DNA of 63,921 nt, the filler included, from an uncultured Methanosarcinales archaeon (GTDB taxonomy: Archaea; Nanobdellota; Nanobdellia; Woesearchaeales; JABMPP01), in the NCBI GenBank assembly GCA_964604995.1. It is 4 parts of 4 records of this genome, joined end to end, with 100 filler letters (N's around TTAATTAATTAA, not from the genome) between each part and the next. Parts side by side here need not be neighbours in the genome. Positions count along the whole stretch, not along the records: positions 60,717 to 63,921 come from CAZSAD010000060.1; 3 more parts are not named here. The stretch is one strand, 5' to 3'. Of this stretch, positions 61,842 through 63,921 are shown in pieces. Each line of letters starts with the position of its first letter. Position 1 is the first letter of the stretch. Below the pieces are notes generated by a model, which saw only the letters and a program-made list of their open reading frames with translations, was not told the origin of the DNA and made no database searches. Made by a program: the position numbers and the translations under genes.

Positions 61842-62270
61842 TTATTTTTGCTTTTGAAAATTATTTTCTACGAAGCGCTCTCCACTGGAAGTTAGAGTAA
61901 GCGTTCTCAATCCCTCTTTTTTATCTTTAATTTCCATCATATAGCCGCGTGAAATATTTTGATAGATTGTATCACTGAGATTTTTGGGTATTTTTTCTTT
62001 AGCGTGTCTGTAACCTTCTTCCAAATCTTTCGTAGTAAAAGATTCTTTATTTTCATTATGCTCTAAAAAATATCCTACTGCTAAGGTTTTTTGGTTATCA
62101 CCGTTTGGAACTTTCCTTAAAAGAAATTCAGCCATTGATTGCTTTTTTTCTAAAATACTTTTTTCTACGCCGTTATTAGTGAATTTAGATTCTAATTGTT
62201 TGATCCGCTCTTCATGAATCATAATTATATCTTTCAACTTTTGAATTTCTTCAGATGTAGTATTTTCCAT
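61842..62270 (-). CDS. Coiled-coil plus winged-helix protein
   Basis: HEERIKQLE, S..EFL, L..GYFLE....F...D....Y..A....P.N, LT.SG...V. Confidence 0.7.
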   Translation of the reverse strand: MENTTSEEIQKLKDIIMIHEERIKQLESKFTNNGVEKSILEKKQSMAEFLLRKVPNGDNQKTLAVGYFLEHNENKESFTTKDLEEGYRHAKEKIPKNLSDTIYQNISRGYMMEIKDKKEGLRTLTLTSSGERFVENNFQKQK

Positions 62271-62280
62271 ATTTGCACCT

Positions 62281-63132
62281 TTATTTTTTTATTATATACA
62301 CCCAAACACCATCTTTTTTATCTCTTAATAATAATTTCTGAGATTTCATATAGCTTTGACGGATACATGCATCCATGTCTTGCCTTCTATTATGATAACC
62401 CCGTTTATTTAATTCAATTTGTGCATCATTTACAGATTTAAAATTAGAAAAAAATCCTTCATCAATCATTTTTTTTATTTCTTTGCTTAAACCTGAATTT
62501 CTCTTTATTTTAGCCGGAGCATTATTTTCACTTAATTCATTAAGAATATCTGGAATTTTACCTGAGTTCAAAATTTGTTTTATAATACTTATTCCTAAAT
62601 TGTATCCATCTATTGTTAATCTATAAGATGTGTTAGTGTTACCTTTTTTACCTGTTTTATGTACAATATATGTAGGATATTTTTTCAGATTAGTACTTAA
62701 ATTTACTAAAGAACTTATTCCTTTTATGCCTGCCGATTCTCTAAGTTTTGAAGACTCTATATCTCGTTCATCAAAAACTATTTTTCTCAAAGTCATCGTT
62801 AAAATAGTGAATATTAATTGTTCGTATGCATTAGATGAGAGAGAAATCTGTGTTAATATTTCTACTTCATTATTTTTAAATTCAAAGCATTCGTTAATTT
62901 TTTCACGACTTACAGAAAATTTATTGCATAATGCCTCATAAGATGGTAAAACTATTTTTTTATCTTTTTCAAGCGTCGAAGCACTAGTCTCCTCAGTGTG
63001 TGCTATTTTTGATCTATTTAATAAATTGTTTAACACAATCTCATATGTCTTATCTTTTAATTTTTCATCAGAAATATTTTTCACAGCCAATAACGCTGTA
63101 TCTATTGCATTTTTAATTTCTTCCGGATTCAT
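62281..63132 (-). CDS. Multi-winged-helix protein
   Basis: Central wHTH ending YRLTIDG, C-terminal EGFF..K....EL..RG..W.Y domain. ATGA overlap with the upstream gene. Confidence 0.7.
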   Translation of the reverse strand: MNPEEIKNAIDTALLAVKNISDEKLKDKTYEIVLNNLLNRSKIAHTEETSASTLEKDKKIVLPSYEALCNKFSVSREKINECFEFKNNEVEILTQISLSSNAYEQLIFTILTMTLRKIVFDERDIESSKLRESAGIKGISSLVNLSTNLKKYPTYIVHKTGKKGNTNTSYRLTIDGYNLGISIIKQILNSGKIPDILNELSENNAPAKIKRNSGLSKEIKKMIDEGFFSNFKSVNDAQIELNKRGYHNRRQDMDACIRQSYMKSQKLLLRDKKDGVWVYIIKK

Positions 63133-63494
63133 CTTTTTACATACACCCATTGTGTGCCTTGTTTTAGGCGTCCTAATTCTTTTTTTCTCACTAATCTTAT
63201 TAATGGAGTTGATAACATATTCATAGAGTATATGTGACCCTTAGCATCTAATTCTGATTTTATAGACATTATTTCTTTTGGGGAATCAAAAAATCCTTCT
63301 TCTTTTAGTGTTCGTATATAGTCCATTGGACCAAAACGTATTTTCATCTTTTTTTCTTTTAAAATAGCAGAATTATGGGATGTAGGGTGAGAGTTATTGC
63401 CTTGAACCAATTTAATTATTTTTGCAATTTCTTCACTTTCTCCCTCTATGAAAATTTTAGTTCCGTTTGTTGTTTCAATATTTGCTTTAGGCAT
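63129..63494 (-). CDS. Small winged-helix protein
   Basis: GTKIFIEG..EEI N-domain, L.EEGFF..PK....I..EL...G...L..LV....L.R....WVY. Confidence 0.72.
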   Translation of the reverse strand: MPKANIETTNGTKIFIEGESEEIAKIIKLVQGNNSHPTSHNSAILKEKKMKIRFGPMDYIRTLKEEGFFDSPKEIMSIKSELDAKGHIYSMNMLSTPLIRLVRKKELGRLKQGTQWVYVKR

Positions 63495-63829
63495 TTAAAC
63501 CACCTTGATAAAAGAATGTTTACTCCATTTATATACTTTTCGGTAAGATGACCAGTGCATATAGTCATTTTATGATATTTATATAATCATCTTTTAATAT
63601 AATTGAATAAAATTATTGCTATTTTTTCGAGAATAATGTCTTTTATAGTCAAAAGTTTAATTTATGGTTTATAAAAAAGTACGTACAAATATATATACAT
63701 ACGCACAAATAATGATTAAACTTTTCAGAAATTAATTAAGCGATTAGTTGTAATATGCCCTTATTAGATTATTTTACTAAAAGAATTAATTTCAAAGAAG
63801 ATGGTCTCTGTGATTTCACGGAAGTATGA

Positions 63830-63921
63830 ATAGCCCCGCCAGAATGCTGGGCATATTTGTCCATTTTCTGGGAACATTGTTGTTCCCAACTTTTGGACAA
63901 ATGTATTTATAGCCCCGCCAG
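63830..63921. repeat. 13-bp direct repeat (probable tRNA 3' end, att-like) enclosing a long hairpin
   Basis: ATAGCCCCGCCAG at 63830-63842 and 63909-63921. Stems ATTTGTCCA/TGGACAAAT and TGGGAACA/TGTTCCCA lie between them. Confidence 0.85.
63910..63921 (-). tRNA. Probable 3' end of a tRNA (Gln-like) continuing beyond the window
   Basis: Reverse complement CTGG-CGGGGCT-A fits T-stem 3' strand, acceptor 3' strand and discriminator of archaeal tRNA-Gln. Only 12 nt are visible. Confidence 0.5.

Overview
AT-rich archaeal DNA, most consistent with a DPANN (Woesearchaeota/Nanoarchaeota-like) genome. The markers are standalone Kae1, membrane-anchored LonB, rpl35ae, ATP-dependent DNA ligase, an intron-containing tRNA-Ser and BRE/TATA-type promoters. 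The window is not one continuous contig: three 100-nt N-TTAATTAATTAA-N linkers (20779-20878, 40871-40970, 60617-60716) join four pieces, so gene order across them is unreliable. It contains housekeeping genes, a bacterial-capsule-like glycan cluster, two COG1361/exporter cassettes and a redox/ArsR cluster. The most unusual elements are: (1) a tightly coupled four-gene operon of repeated winged-helix domains ending in a TIGR02391/HEPN-like RNase, next to a probable tRNA-Gln 3' end, which is a candidate undescribed defence system; (2) three paralogous, possibly Mpv17/PMP22-like membrane proteins interleaved with two ribbon-helix-helix regulators, facing an ATPase/large membrane protein operon across six 16-bp palindromic boxes; (3) duplicated tRNA ends enclosing short GC-rich hairpins at two different tRNAs; (4) a mosaic tandem array of four paralogous orphan genes. 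No CRISPR array, rRNA, transposase or integrase was seen. All family calls come from reading motifs by eye, not from database searches.
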